A stretch of 64,000 nucleotides of DNA, from positions 62,001-126,000 of the forward strand of contig JADIIX010000047.1 in the NCBI GenBank assembly GCA_027604505.1, written 5' to 3'. The notes below the pieces were generated by a model. That model made no database searches. It saw only the letters and a list, made by a program, of their open reading frames with translations, and was not told the origin of the DNA. Source of the DNA: Gonapodya sp. JEL0774. Taxonomy: Eukaryota. Numbering within the stretch: position 1 is the first letter of the stretch; each line of letters starts with the position of its first letter. Shown in pieces: positions 29,699-42,968 of the stretch. Made by a program: the position numbers and the translations under genes.

Positions 29699-31022
29699 TC
29701 AAACATCCACCGCCTTTGCCCTTACAATGATTACATCGGTCTTTGGTCGGTCAGTAGAGTCGACGGGGACAAGGCTAATGATGGGGACGACCAGTAGAAC
29801 GGCGGAAGGAGGATCCACAGAGGGCTCGATCAGCACCACCGAAAGTTGGAGTTTAGAGGGAATATGACGTACCCGATTTTGTTGAGGGTTTTAATTCCCG
29901 AGAAGAGACGACCAAAGATGGTATGTTTGCCTGTGCAATGTTAGAGATGTGCGAAGGCGATCAAGAAAGTTATTACATCAGCCGAGACCATTTGAATGAG
30001 TTCGCAGAACCGTGAGATTCCACACCGTCAAGCCAAGGAGTAGGAGCGAGCGTCATGAAAAACTGAGATCCGTTTGTGTTGGGGCCGCTGTTGGCCATTG
30101 AAAGGATACCGGCACCCGTCTGGGGTCAATGGGATTTATTCGAGATGGTGACATGGCCAAGTGAGCAGGAAACAGCGATGCGAATGGACTGGAAATGGAA
30201 ATTTACATACATGCTTGAGTTCCTTCGTCAGTTCATCCGCGAATGCCTCGCTAGATTCCAGTAGGGGTGGGTGTGTCATGTTTTTTGGACAAGAGGGAGG
30301 GCAAATTGAGACAAGACGCGTGGAGTAAGAAAAGAATGGAGGAACTACTGCAAGGACACTAACCCGTAGATAGATGTTCCACCCTTTCCGGTGCCGGAAG
30401 GGTCACCCCCTGACAGAAGCAAGATGGGATTAGGACGTGGAAACGAGCGGAGAGACCAAATGCCCTAGAATGAGCCAGGGTCACTGAAGTAGGGCACCGC
30501 TGCGTACCTGCTTACCTTGCACCATGAAGTTCGTGATAACTCGGTGAAACTTTGTACCATCGTAGTAGCCCCGTTTCGCCTGAGGAGTGAGACGCACGGA
30601 AGTCCAGGTGTCATAGTCAGGGTGACGTGTTGTGCAAGAGAGGAAACGAGGACTGCAGGGATAAACGCACGAGCTCAAAGAAGTTTTTGCAGGTTTTTGG
30701 AGCATGTTGCCAGTACTTTGCGATGAGAATGGATGGAACAAGACGATGTGATTGAAACGCGCAGGAGACACCGGAGATGGAGAGGTGAATAAGAAGCGAA
30801 CGAGATCGCATTCTCCAAATACAGCACCCACTAGTTCACATCCTATACTTCCCTATGTCCATGAGAGTCGGTTGGGGTGGGAAAGGGAGTAACGGCATTG
30901 GATGAATGTGATATTCGGAAAATAGGGGGCGATTGGAGCCCTGAAAGCCGTGATTGCAAAGAAACTGAGCGTACCGCCGATGTCTCGAGAATGACGTAGG
31001 GTTGGGAGGGTAAGTTTGCCAT
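29699..31022 (-). CDS. PPIL1: Cyclophilin-type peptidyl-prolyl isomerase, PPIL1-like; multi-exon
   Basis: [82 protein letters not shown]. Confidence 0.9.
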
Positions 31023-31316
31023 GAGAGAGTTTGAGTTTGATTGTGGTTTGTCCAGCATACACAGGTCACTACTATACAACAAGCGTGACACCACTGGCTA
31101 CAACCACAAGTGAACAACCTTGATCAATCGCAGATATACACCTTTCTTCCCCAAGCAAAACCGACATTTGAGTGGAAGATCACATTTGAAGACTTCTAGG
31201 GTGACCGAATCGCCACTGGAGCTTCAAATCTTTCCGCAAATCGGGATATTGTTCGGGTCCAGCCGGCGTTCAATTCTCTTACTTGGATACAAGTGCACCG
31301 GACACAGGACAAGACG

Positions 31317-34300
31317 ATGGACGCCGCTGAGCGAGAGACTGTTTTCAGGAGCTATCTGGCTCAGGGCAAGGGGGGTGGAACTACAGACGGCAAGGAGGGA
31401 TCGGGATCCGCAACCGGATCTGCGGCGTCACTACAGCGGGATTCACCGTCGCCGTCTGTTCTGCCCGCACTGCCATCGCTGCAGCCTCTCCAATCGCAAC
31501 GCGGGTCTTCATCCGCAGTCTCCGCGCCGCCCCCACCGCTCCCTCCACAACCACCTCCTCCCACCATCGCTGTGCAGGCACCAACTCCTTCCTCTGCGGC
31601 AGCACCTTCTCCGCCTTCTCTTGCCCCTTCTCTCTCCTCCTTGTCTGCTAACTCTCCCTCTCCTGCTCACAATGATTCTTTCGCTCCGACCGCAAGCCGA
31701 ACGAAACTCTATCGCTCTTACCTGGACACTCCGACCGGCCCTCTGTCCGCTATGAGCAACTCCGCTTCATCAAAATCTGCTTCGCGCACGCACTCAGCCT
31801 CTGCATCAGCTGCGAATCTACCCCCCGCTATAACCCCAGCAAGGGCACCTGCGTCCAACTCTGTGCGTTCCTCCAATCCCTCGTTACCACCTAATTCCTT
31901 CACACAAGCTGCGGGCACTGTATCTACAGGAACTCTATCCTCTTCCAATGTCGCTATTGCCCAACCTTCCTCCTCTTCCTCTGGACTCTCAGGCCTTTCG
32001 TCCTCTACATCACCAGCGTGGAACACAGTTTCCCGCGAACGCCTCTACAAGGGCTACGCAGAAAGTTCTGCCCAATCCGGGGAAAGCGGTGGTCGCAGTG
32101 GAAGTATATATGCTCTCGCACCGAGTGAAGATCGAGCGAGAAAAGCGAACGGGGAGGACAATCCAGATCCTTCAACGGCTTCCAAACCCGCTCCCACCTC
32201 AACCCGCCCCTCCAACTCTGCTCCCCCTGCTCCCCCTTCTTTACCTTCTTCCTCGACATCTGCTCCACCTGCACGTTCTTCCTCTTCCTCCGTCCCCAAT
32301 CTTGCATCATCGTCCTCCTCGAAGGCACCAATTTCTTCTTCCACCACCCCAGCTTCTTGGAATGCCTCATCGCGTGTTCGTCTCTACAAAGACTACGCTG
32401 ATGGGTCCGGGACTGCTGTTGGCAACTCCGGTTCTCAGTCCCACCGGTCCGCCGATCGGCCACCTCCTCCCGCCACACCGACACCCTCTATCCCGCCTCC
32501 GCATCCTACCTCTATCCCATCTACACCTGCGAATGCCAGTGGAAACTTCAATGATACCATGCTCACGCCGGACATGTCTCCACCAGCCGGATACTCACCA
32601 CCGGTCACAGCAAGTGCAAGGTCGGAGGGCACATCGACAACAGCGACAGGAGTTGGGGGACAGAGTACGTGATAAATCCTCTACCACGTCTTGAATTCGT
32701 TTTCTCATACCGTGCTCGAAACACTCCACCTCTGTCGCAGCACCTACCGACCTTTCTCTGTATGTCCGATTTCTCCTCTCCGGCACGGGGGCAGAACATC
32801 AAGTCGATTACGCCGCTCTCCGCAGGGAGCTGGACAATGACGCGAGTTCTCGAGGCGGGGGGAGTGTGGCAGGTAGTATCATAGGGGAGGACACACCCAC
32901 ACCAACACCGTCGCAGACCTTTACACCAAAGTTTGAAGGAGGAGAGAGGTGGGGTGTTGACGCCTCGCCAACACCTGCACCTGTTCCCAATCGTACTCGC
33001 ACTACAACCACCACAACCGTGACAGCAGGGACAACTGGAACCACGATAACTCCCCAAGTCACTTCGATGGCCGCCACTACCACCCCGGGGTCGGCCCGGT
33101 CCGAAAAGTCCGATAGACTTGGTGGACCGATGACGGAAGAAGAGGTAGAAAGGGCTCTGGACAGCTGGAGGGAGAGGGAGAGAAGAAGGAGGCAGGAGGC
33201 TGAACAGTGGGAGATTGATGCTTCAGAAGGTGGGAGAAACACGGAGAGGGGGAGGGAGAGAGGGAGGGAGAGAAGGAGGGAGAAGGAGACCGTGACACGC
33301 CATTCACGGGTTTCCACTGCTAGTGTGCATGCGGCAGCCTCTCTCGTGCCCGGCACGGGACCTAGTACGCGCTTGTCACTTTCCCGATCACGGTCCCGAT
33401 CACGAACCTTGTCTAGATCTCGATCGCGTTCGCGCTACTCGGATGGGGAGAGAGAGGAGACAGTGACGGGGAAACCACGCTCCACGTCAGCGCACATGTC
33501 GGTGTCAACGCCTCACACAAAGGCAGTTGACTTTCCGAATTCAACGTCTCGTTCTCGGTCCAGACATTCGGAAGCACTTTCAGATGACCGGACGCCCCGA
33601 GCGATGTCAAAGACTCCCCCACCTCTGCCTTCAGCCACTGCAGCTGTGCACGTACCCTTGCCGGCAACTTTGGACACATCGACCGCTTCTTCCACCCTTC
33701 TCGCCCGTGTCGCAGCTGCAGACGCCCGAGCCGTCGCAGCAGAGCGTGCTGCAGCTAGCCTCAGGCTAGATCTGGCGGAGGCGCGGGAGCGACTTAGGCG
33801 GCGGGATAGGGACGCCGAGCAGGCGTGGCGGGAGGTTGGGGAACCAGCTGCGAGGAGAGCCAGGGTGCGCGGTGGAGATGGAGACAAAGACAAAGGGGGG
33901 ATGAAAGTTGAGGCCGCCGAAAGGGTTGCAAGGGAGGTGGCCAAGGGATATGAAGGACGGGTTGCGATTTTAGCAGAGCGAGTAAGATTGTTGGAGGAAG
34001 AAGTCGCCGCAGGGAAGAGAAAGCTTGCGGAGGCAGAGCGAAGGGCATACATGGGAGCCGCGGAGGCAGCGAGAAGTGAGGTACACGAGCTGAGGCGAAG
34101 GGCGGAAGAGGCCGAAGACAGAGGAAGGAGAGCAGAGGCTAAAGTTGCGAGATTGCAGGGTGAGGTGGAGGCGGAGAGGGAGGAAAAAGAAGTGCTGCAA
34201 CTGAGGATGTTGGAGAAGAAAGTGGGCAAGGTGGAGGAGTCGGGTGAGTTTTGCCAGGGCCCAGGAGACGTCAAATTGGTCACCGGCATTTCAAACTTAA

Positions 34301-35317
34301 TCTCATATCCACCGTCTCTCAGTGCCACCCCCTCCCAACTTGACAACCCGCGACCTCATTCGCCGGGATAAGCTGGCCGCACAGGCGAGCAATCTCCCAC
34401 CTTCACTCACGTCGCTCAGTGCTGACGCTGCTCGTGCTCTCCTCGGCCAAGTCACCAACCTTCTCGGCGTCCCCGATGTTGATTCGCTGATACCCGGCGT
34501 CCGTGACGTTGCAAAGGTAATCAAGGCGTTGCCGGATGTGCAGAGGTTTGTTCGTGAGGTGGATGAGGTTGTGTGGGGACAGTTTGAGGACGAGAATGGG
34601 GAGAAAAACGTGCACAAGCTCGTAGAGACGGCGAAAAGGCTTCGTGAGTGGAGAGAGGATGTGAAAAGAGCAAAAAAGCTCGAGGTGAGTTGACCCGATT
34701 GGTGTACTATTCCACCCAGCACTTTCGAGATGTTAATTATGGAACGCTTCCCACCGTCCACCTTCACGCCTCAGACATTCCGTCGACGTGTGTATCGTCA
34801 TCTGGGGATGGAGCCACGGGAAGCTGAATCAGCCGTCCTGGATCAAATCGCTCATTCACTTCATGATGCTCCTAAGCCGGGGGATACTGCCTCAGACCGC
34901 CTCGTCGCCCGCTTTCAATCTCTCTTTGATGTCGCGTCGATCGATGGGGTGCAGTCCGCGATGGATAGACTCTATACCCAAACGTCTGTTGCGGATAATG
35001 CCCTAAGAAGATTGAAGAGAGCAATTGGCAAGGATACAGGAAGCATCACCGCGGTCGTGGATGAAGCTTGCCGCATTGTGGATATGTGGAAGGATATGGA
35101 GGAGGAGCTTGAAAGTGCAGGAAGTGTCGAGGAGCTCCGACATGGGAGGGGCACTGGGTACCAAGCTGAACGACGTGCGCGGAGGGTTGATCGGGGGGAG
35201 GACGAAAATCGCTTCGATGGCAAGCATGCGGAGGAGGATCCTGGCATGAGCGAAAGAGAGGGGGACGAGGCGTTCAGAGAGCTTGGCAAGCTCTTGGGAA
35301 GGGGGAATCGGACATAA
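31317..35317 (+). CDS. CEP70: Centrosomal protein CEP70-like coiled-coil protein with long S/P-rich N-terminus
   Basis: Central coiled coil, then LTTRDLIRRDK...LLGVPDVDSLIPGVRDVAKVIKALPDVQRFVREV and VARFQSLFDVASIDGVQSAMDRLY, resembling the CEP70 C-terminal HFQKLFDV motif. Confidence 0.65.
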
Positions 35318-35534
35318 GCCGAATAGGTGTTGGGAGAATCATGTGGTGTATTTTTGCGACACACTAGCTGTGGTTTTGAATTAATTTAAAATTGTCATCG
35401 TGGGAGCGTTCTTTGAGTGTGCTCATGTAATGGCTGTGGGCGGCAGCCGGCCCAACCCAAGCCGAAAGAGATCCCGTCGAAACATCGACGTTTACTTCCT
35501 AAATCAACTTTTATCTCTGATTCATTTGATCCAT

Positions 35535-37478
35535 ATGGGACTGGTTCCTTTGGCACACGAAGTCTCGAACCCAACGTTCACTTCTTTAACTCCCCTCGGT
35601 ATTGTCAACGACGCATTTCGGTTGGCACAATCTTATTCAAACGGAATCAATAAACGGATAATCTTCGCGAAGCGCCCTGAGGGCGCCCTTAAACTCGACA
35701 GCTTTCACCTACGGGAGGAGCCAATTGATTTGGCGACAGCAGCGGCAAACCTGAATGATGGAGAGGTTCTCCTCCGCAATTTGACACTGTCGATTGATCC
35801 TTCCCTCAGAACTCACATGCTGCATCACAAGAGTGCGGTGAGTACAATTGTTCTTCGTCGTGGAGGAAACCAACAAGAATGTGAATGTGACTCTACCCCT
35901 CAGAATTACGTACCCGATATGGAAATTGGTGATCCCGTTCGCGCTCGAAATACATCGCTGATAATAGCCTCTAAGCACCGGGACTGGATTGTTGGGGAGG
36001 TCGTATGGGCGTCCTCGGGATGGGAGTGAGCTTGCACTCCACTCCGAATGACCGCGCGTACGTCTTTCTCACATCCATACTTGATTTCAACAGAGATTAT
36101 TCTGTCATGAAGCCATTTCCATTCCAGGTTGATGTTGTTGGGCTTCGGAGACTGCCGTTTCTTGCCGATCCTCGGATCGAATGGAACTTGCACCAAGGCC
36201 TACTCGGGCTTCCAGGTATTACAGCTTGGATAGGTCTTGTTGGGATCGGCAGGATAAAAGCTGGACAAACGCTGGTTGTCAGTGGAGCTGCAGGAGCTGT
36301 GGGATCCGTGAGAAGCTTTTATCCCTTTCTCCCCGTTTTCGTCTTCTAAAGCGGAAGGACCTTTCCACAGGCAGCTTGTCAAATCGCAAAATCAAAGGGA
36401 CTTAAAGTAGTAGGCATCGTGGTACGTGGGCGAGAATCACACTTCTTACTCTCATTATCAGATGCTTGTTCTCACCAGGTCCGCATTAGGGCAGTGACGA
36501 GAAAGTCCGTTGGTGTAAGGAGATTCTCGGATGTGATGGAGTAATTGTGAGTGAAGCAAGTGAAGCATCTATGTGTGCTCTGTTCTGCTGTTGGACGAAC
36601 GAGCAAGCCTGTTCTTTCAAATAGAACTACAAGACGGAAGAATGGAACGCCGCGATAAGACGTGAAACTGCAATCAAGGGGGCTCCCGGGATTGATGTGT
36701 TTTTCGACAACGTCGGGTTGGTTGATTTTTCGCAGTTCCATGTTCAAAGCCAATTCATTCTTCCTGTTGAACCAAACCAAGTGGTACCATGCTTGATACC
36801 ATGATTCGGCATTTGAAATGGCACTCGACAGTTGTCGTAAGTGGTTCTGATGCATTATTTGTTTCTGTGGGTTCCTCATAAATGCGTTTGGCTTGGTACA
36901 GAGCTGTGGTTCCGTTAGCCAATACGATTCAATGGGTGGACCCAGTCCACCGCCAGCTACCCCCATGCGTAGCATTGGGGCTCTTGTCACGAAAAGGATT
37001 CGCATTGAGGGATTTGTGGTGTCGGATTGGATGTTCGCTGGAAACGAAGTATATGAATCATTTTGGAGGTGAGTTGGGGATGGTTTCAAAGTTGTCCAGG
37101 ATAAGCACTGAGGTTTGATGAATACTTGAACAATTGCGTATTCAGAGAAATGCCAGATCTGATCCGATCGCGCAAAATTGTCGGCAAGCACGACGTCCGA
37201 AATGGAGTAGAAAAGTGAGTGGAAGGATCCGCCACAAATATGTATTGCTCTGACTGTAGTTTCGATGGGAAGCGCGCCGAGGGCATTGGTTGACATCCTC
37301 GCTGGAGCAAACGGTGAGTTCGATAGTCTGGTTGGCAAGGAACCACCACCAGTCTCCTCATTCGTGACCATCAGTCGGCAAGATGCTTGTACAAATTGCA
37401 CCTGCTGCTGAAAGGGAAACATATACCAAGAATTATGTGGGGAAACAATACGCAACAGTGTGGGGTCCAAAGCTGTGA
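35535..37478 (+). CDS. NADP-dependent medium-chain alkenal/prostaglandin-reductase-like oxidoreductase (PTGR/LTB4DH family); multi-exon
   Basis: NKRIIFAKRPEG, LSIDPSLR, LGLPGITAWIGL, TLVVSGAAGAVGS, GIDVFFDNVG, IRIEGFVV; the last exon ends ...WGPKL*. Confidence 0.88.
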
Positions 37479-37609
37479 TTTGCAAAGAAATGTAATACCA
37501 GGAATTACATTTCCTCTATCATATTTTGCTTGTCTTTTCAAGGCCCACACCGTCTTTCCGATCTATTTTGTTTCGTTTGTTATTGATTTATTAAATATTT
37601 TTTTCGGGT

Positions 37610-37658
37610 NNNNNNNNNNNNNNNNNNNNNNNNNNNNNNNNNNNNNNNNNNNNNNNNN
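37610..37658. other. Assembly gap (N run)
   Basis: Run of N bases. Confidence 1.
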
Positions 37659-37689
37659 AGAAAGAGGGAAGTGGGGAGCATAGTGTTCC

Positions 37690-40600
37690 ATTATGAGGAT
37701 GTGGAGCAGAAGCACCCCGGCGTCAATCGCAACTTACACTTCGACATATAACCGATGGTGAAAGCATATGATTCCGCAGTATACCTGGCATTTCGTGGTC
37801 ATGGGTCAATCGAAACGCACCATGCAGGTTACTAGTGTGCTTTGGTACTCACCGCAGGTACTCGTACCGACCAGAGTTTCCGAAGTGTCCACTGCCCATT
37901 TCCACCAAATACAATAGGTCTCCACGACTTTTCGGACCGCCGACACCGAGCTCCCGCATCTTGGCCACCCATTTTGAGGGCTCCCAATAGGCAACGCGAG
38001 GATCATTGATACCGGCCTGAACTAAAATGTCAGGAAAACGAGAGCTTGCATCTTCAGGGACGTTGTTGTATGGGGAATAGCTGAGCATGTAATCGAAGAA
38101 CTTTCGGTTATTGGGGTTGCCCCATTCCTGACATTACAATTTTCGTGGATGTGTCAGTGCAAAACGTGGCTTAAAAGGTCAGCGAAAAACTCACCTCGTA
38201 TTCTTTGTCAGCGGAAGCATTGATGGGATTGGATGGCAGGAGACTGGTGTTAACCTCGTGAATGTGGACTTTCAATCACAAGTCAACGTACCGTTGACCG
38301 TAAGAGGGATAGACGCATCCATCATCGTGTTAATTACGTCCACGAAAGGAACGCCTGCGATCGCGAGTCTAAACAGCTCCGGTTTAGCATTGAGAACCGC
38401 ACCCATCAGCATTCCTCCAGCGGAGCGGCCCTCCATGGCAAGAATATCACTGGATGTGATCTTCTCCTTGATAATATGCTCCGCACCAGCGATGAAATCG
38501 ACAAAGGTATTCTTTTTGTGTAGAAAACGGCCGTTTTCATACCAAGATTTTCCATTGTCACCGCCCCCACGGATGTGGCACACTACCCGGGTGAATCCCC
38601 GATCTAGGTACGAAATGACATCGCTGCGGAATGCCATGTCCATAGAAACTGCAAATAGGAGTTAGCAGACGATTCTGCAACTAGTTTCAACAGGAAACTC
38701 CGAACTACTTACTTCCATAGGAGCCGTAACCGTAAAACAAGCATGGATTTGTTCCGTCTCTCCTGAAGTTATCCTTGCGGTAGACTACTGAGATCGGTAT
38801 TGTGTTGGGAACGGGAGTTTTGAGGAACACCCGATCATCCGGGTTGTGCTCTGGGTCTGGCAAGGTGGCGGGGTCGACTGGAGCAGAAAGTCGAAGCACA
38901 CCGTAAAGGCTAGGATCATAATTGGGTACAACAGTGCGCTTCAGAATGGTGTTGGTGCGGGTTGGAATGTGGTGCAAATATACAGTGCGAGGTGTGACCG
39001 GCGACGAGTACGCGAAGCGGATATATGGTAACGAAAACACTTGGTTTGAGCCCTGATTGAGACGAGAGTGATTTCATTCAATTGCATTAAGTAAGGATAT
39101 TAAGAAACGGATGATTCTCACTCCGAGCGGTTGCACGGCGTACACCTCCTCTTCAAACTCGAGGTGATACGATTTTGCGAGGTCAATCGCTCCATTCCCC
39201 GGGTCTGGGTGATGAATGCGAATTTTATTCAGACCATCGTTCTTCTCGTAAACTGCGTTCAGCAGGAAACAACACCGACATTACCCCATAAGTTTTCATA
39301 GATCAGCTCAGCATGTAGACAGATTGCACATACCAGCGATGAAGCTCTCTAAGGATTCAACTCCAAGGAGATGAGTGAATGGATCATATGGCATGATTTC
39401 CTTCCAGTTTCCCTGCCCGGTTGAGTTGATAGGACACCAACAAAGTCTGTTCTGTAGTGTACGCGCACAACCACCTTTAGCGGCTAAAAATCTGGCGCCA
39501 TTAGAGGTACTCGGACTCACGTTGATGTGTTCCCTTCCATCATTCGTAAGCACTAGAAAGCCCTGTCCAAAGTGCTCGACATCATACATCAGTTCATGCG
39601 TTCGTGGTTGGAAAACGCGAAGTTCTGGGGCATGTCCGTGGTCGGATTCCGGGCAACGAACGCACCCTTCCCTCAAAATCAGACAACACATACCCTTAGA
39701 TGGATCCTCGGAATCGATGTACCGTGTCTCGCTCGTCAAACCGGACTCCAGGACCACAAAAATAAAGCGCTTGGAGTTTGACGTAGTAACTCCGACGCGG
39801 AACCTTTTCATAAAAGCAAAGGAGGATTAAGTCTGGCGATTTGTCTCTTAAGTGCAGCGAGAGAAATGATTTCAGGACCTACTTTTCATCAGTCTCCTCG
39901 TACAGCAGGACATCCTCGTCCGTGAGGGACCCGAGGGTGTGCCTCCAAAGTTGATGTGGTCTTTGCGCCGAGTCATATTTCGTGTAGTAGATTGAGAGAC
40001 AGTCGTGGCTCCAGGTTATATCTGATGTCACCTGTTGCCTGGCGGTTGTCACCAATTCGGTCACATCTCCGGAAGAAAAGGGACCAACCTGCTTGAGAAC
40101 ATCGGGAAGAACCGAGCCAGAAGAAAGGTCCTTGAATGAAATATCGTAGTATTCGCTTCCGGTCGTGTCGAGTGCGTAGGCAAGGATCTGGGGCAACAGC
40201 AGGATATGATCACCCCCTACTCGCGATCCTTCAAACAGGATCACACCTACCTTGTTATTTGGAGCTGGACTAAATGATCCAAGTTCCAAGTACTTATGCT
40301 CAAACGAGTTCAAGTCCAGCACCACTTCTTCTGGGTGTTTGGAGCCATTAATCTCCTTTAAGTCGTCGACAAGGCGGGAATCGTCTGCCGGGCGGCGGCA
40401 CCAAATCGGATACTGCTTTCCCTTCTCGGCTAATTGAGATAGTGTTAGCCCGTATACGACCGACATGCCCAAAAAGGGCAATAGCACCAAACTCGACTCA
40501 CTCCGCTTGTAATACAAGAATGATGACTTCACGAGCGGTACATCAGTGTCATCTTCCTGGATACGGCCGAGAAACTCCTGGTACTATCATGTGACCAATG

Positions 40601-40954
40601 TCCAAAGGCCACAGGTCCAGAGTTTTGGTGGTAGTTGGTCCGAATAAAATGGTTGGAATCACAAAACACCAGTCCGTGGAGGCGGGAGACTCACAAGGGT
40701 TTCCTTGAGCTCTGCAAATGGCGCCAGCTTGGCATGTGCATACTCATTCTCCTTCGTTAGGTGCTCCACGATTTCCGGCCGTTTCTAATGGCATGAAATG
40801 TCAGATCTCTGCATCAACACCAAAGACAAGTGAAACGGGGAAGTACCGCTCCCTTAGTGTCGTCTCTCAGCCATTGATAAGGATCAGGGAAATCTTTTCC
40901 GTGCCATTTGTGGACATAATCAACTTTCTTCGCGACGGGTGGGGTGATGGACAT
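37690..40954 (-). CDS. Oligopeptidase B / protease II (S9A); multi-exon; 3' end uncertain because of the adjacent gap
   Basis: PPVAKK...DPYQWLRD, FYGYGSYG, HIRGGG, KKNTFVDFI; catalytic triad contexts GRSAGG (Ser), NDPRVAYWEPSKW (Asp), GSGHFGNSGRY (His). Confidence 0.92.
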
Positions 40955-41200
40955 CTCGAATCGTGTAGGGTTGTAAGTTGAAAAGAAGCTTGAGAGCTTG
41001 ACCCGTTGAGGGATAATGACAGCGACCCGAAAAAAATTGCTTAGCGCTGAATTCGTAGCGAATGCAAACGCTTGCATGCACTCCACGAGACGAGAATCCA
41101 GGTGTCTGGACGGTGTGCTTGTGGGTGAAGAAGATCAGCCGAGGTGTAACCCACTTTCCGCGCTCTGGTTTCTGATTGATTGTAGGCAGCAATTTAAACC

Positions 41201-42765
41201 ATGACCAGTCTTCGTCGCTCGTCACGGAAACGTACTGCTGACGATTCCATTGGACAACCCGAAATCGAGAATGCGAGCGAACGCCGTGACGCCTCTCGTG
41301 GTTCGTCATCAAAGAGGGCAAAGAGCAAGTCCAAAGCAGAACAGCCCCTGGAAAGCACGAATGGCCTCGCGCAAATTAATGACGACGAAGCACAGCTCTA
41401 TGATAGACAGATTCGACTGTGGGGAATGGATGCTCAGACGCGGTGGGTGTACTCTGTGTGGTCTTCACCTGTGCCAATCCCCAAATTTTCTTTGATTCGG
41501 CTCTAAAACGGACCGTTGGTTGACCGCTTCTATCCAGCATGAGAAATGCCTCTGTCTGCGTCATTAATCTCGGAGCCCTGAGCACGGAGGTCATCAAGAA
41601 TATTGTTCTTGCTGGGATCGGCTCCCTCACCATAGTGGACAATGAAAATGTCAGTGCTAAGGATCTAGGAGCGGGTTTTTTCTTTAGGGAGGAGGATCTA
41701 GGACAGAATGTGCGTCAATCTCGGACAATTTTAGTTTCGTTTTGATGGCTACGTGATACATTTTCCCCTAAAGCGTGCCCAATCGGCAAAGGATCGGATT
41801 CGTGATCTTAATCCGCGAGTCAGAGTTGAAGCAGTTTCCAAAGACCGAAGTGAACTAGAGAGTGCCTATTACTCTCAGTTTCAATTCGTAATACTCACCC
41901 AGGCGGACCTCGACACCATGGTGAATACTCCTTTCGTCCTCTGTATTCAGGTTCCATTGACGCACCCGCTTCTTCTGCCTGAGCACACCAGCTCCGAGTT
42001 AATAGGCTCTGCCGTGAACAGAAAGTCAAGTTCTTTGCCGCGGGTATCTATGGCCTCCATGGGTTCGCCTTCGCAGATCTCCTCCAACACACATACAGAA
42101 TGTACGTTATCCACATATATTCATATTTTTTCCTAATCTTTGATTTTCTTCGCGATTAGGCCAAATCCAGCCGCTGTGCGAGATCCCTCTGCCCCAAAAG
42201 ATGTTCGCAAGGAGGTGCAGTATCACTCGGTAGCGGAGGCAATAGACCGACGATGGGAAAGTATGCGTGATGTAAGGGCACGTGACACTGCCAGACCTAA
42301 ATTCTACGGCATTCTCGGTGAGAATTTGTACAGCATTGTTTGTCATTTTCTCCGTCGGAGTGGAACATTTTCCTGTGCGACTGCTTCACACCTCACAGCT
42401 CTTCTCACATATCAGCAACAGCATGGTGTTCTTCCTACCACATCGGATGATGACCTTGCCCGTCTCGCCGCCATCAAGGATCAGATGATGACTAAGGCGA
42501 ACATCAACCCGTCTTTCGTCTCTGAGGAATTGCTCCGGTGAGGTGCATCGCCACGCTTGCTTATTCGACCGAATACCTGCAATGAAGTCTTGCAAGTAGA
42601 TCTCTGTCATCTTCCGCCTCATCGGAACTATCCCCCATCGCGTCCATCGCTGGGGGACTGTTGGCGCAAGAACTTCTGAGAGCTATTGGAGAAAAGGATC
42701 CCCCGATGGACAACATTCTCTATTTAGATGGCGAGCAGCCTTTGGCAGGTATTGGAGGATACTAG
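41201..42765 (+). CDS. AOS1: SUMO-activating enzyme E1 subunit Aos1/SAE1/Rad31; last exon uncertain
   Basis: DEAQLYDRQIRLWGMDAQ, EVIKNIVLAGIGSLTIVD, IRDLNPRVRV, SIAGGLLAQELLRAI. Confidence 0.88.
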
Positions 42766-42968
42766 TGAGGAAAAGCTATTAGTCGGAGACAACCCGTACC
42801 CGAATCTCGTTGTGATAAAAAGTTCTAAGCGACACTCTTTAGTATAATAGTATTGCGTACACTAACTGAAACGGCATCCGGTCGGGATAGACTCAAAATG
42901 TTTGAGAATGCCCAGTTCGGACAATGTCACACTTGGGTTGGTTGGTTCAGCCAACGAATCTCTCACAA

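Noticed and set aside
33370..33440. Tandem CGATC-like repeats
   Set aside because: They simply encode an RS dipeptide tract in the CEP70-like protein.
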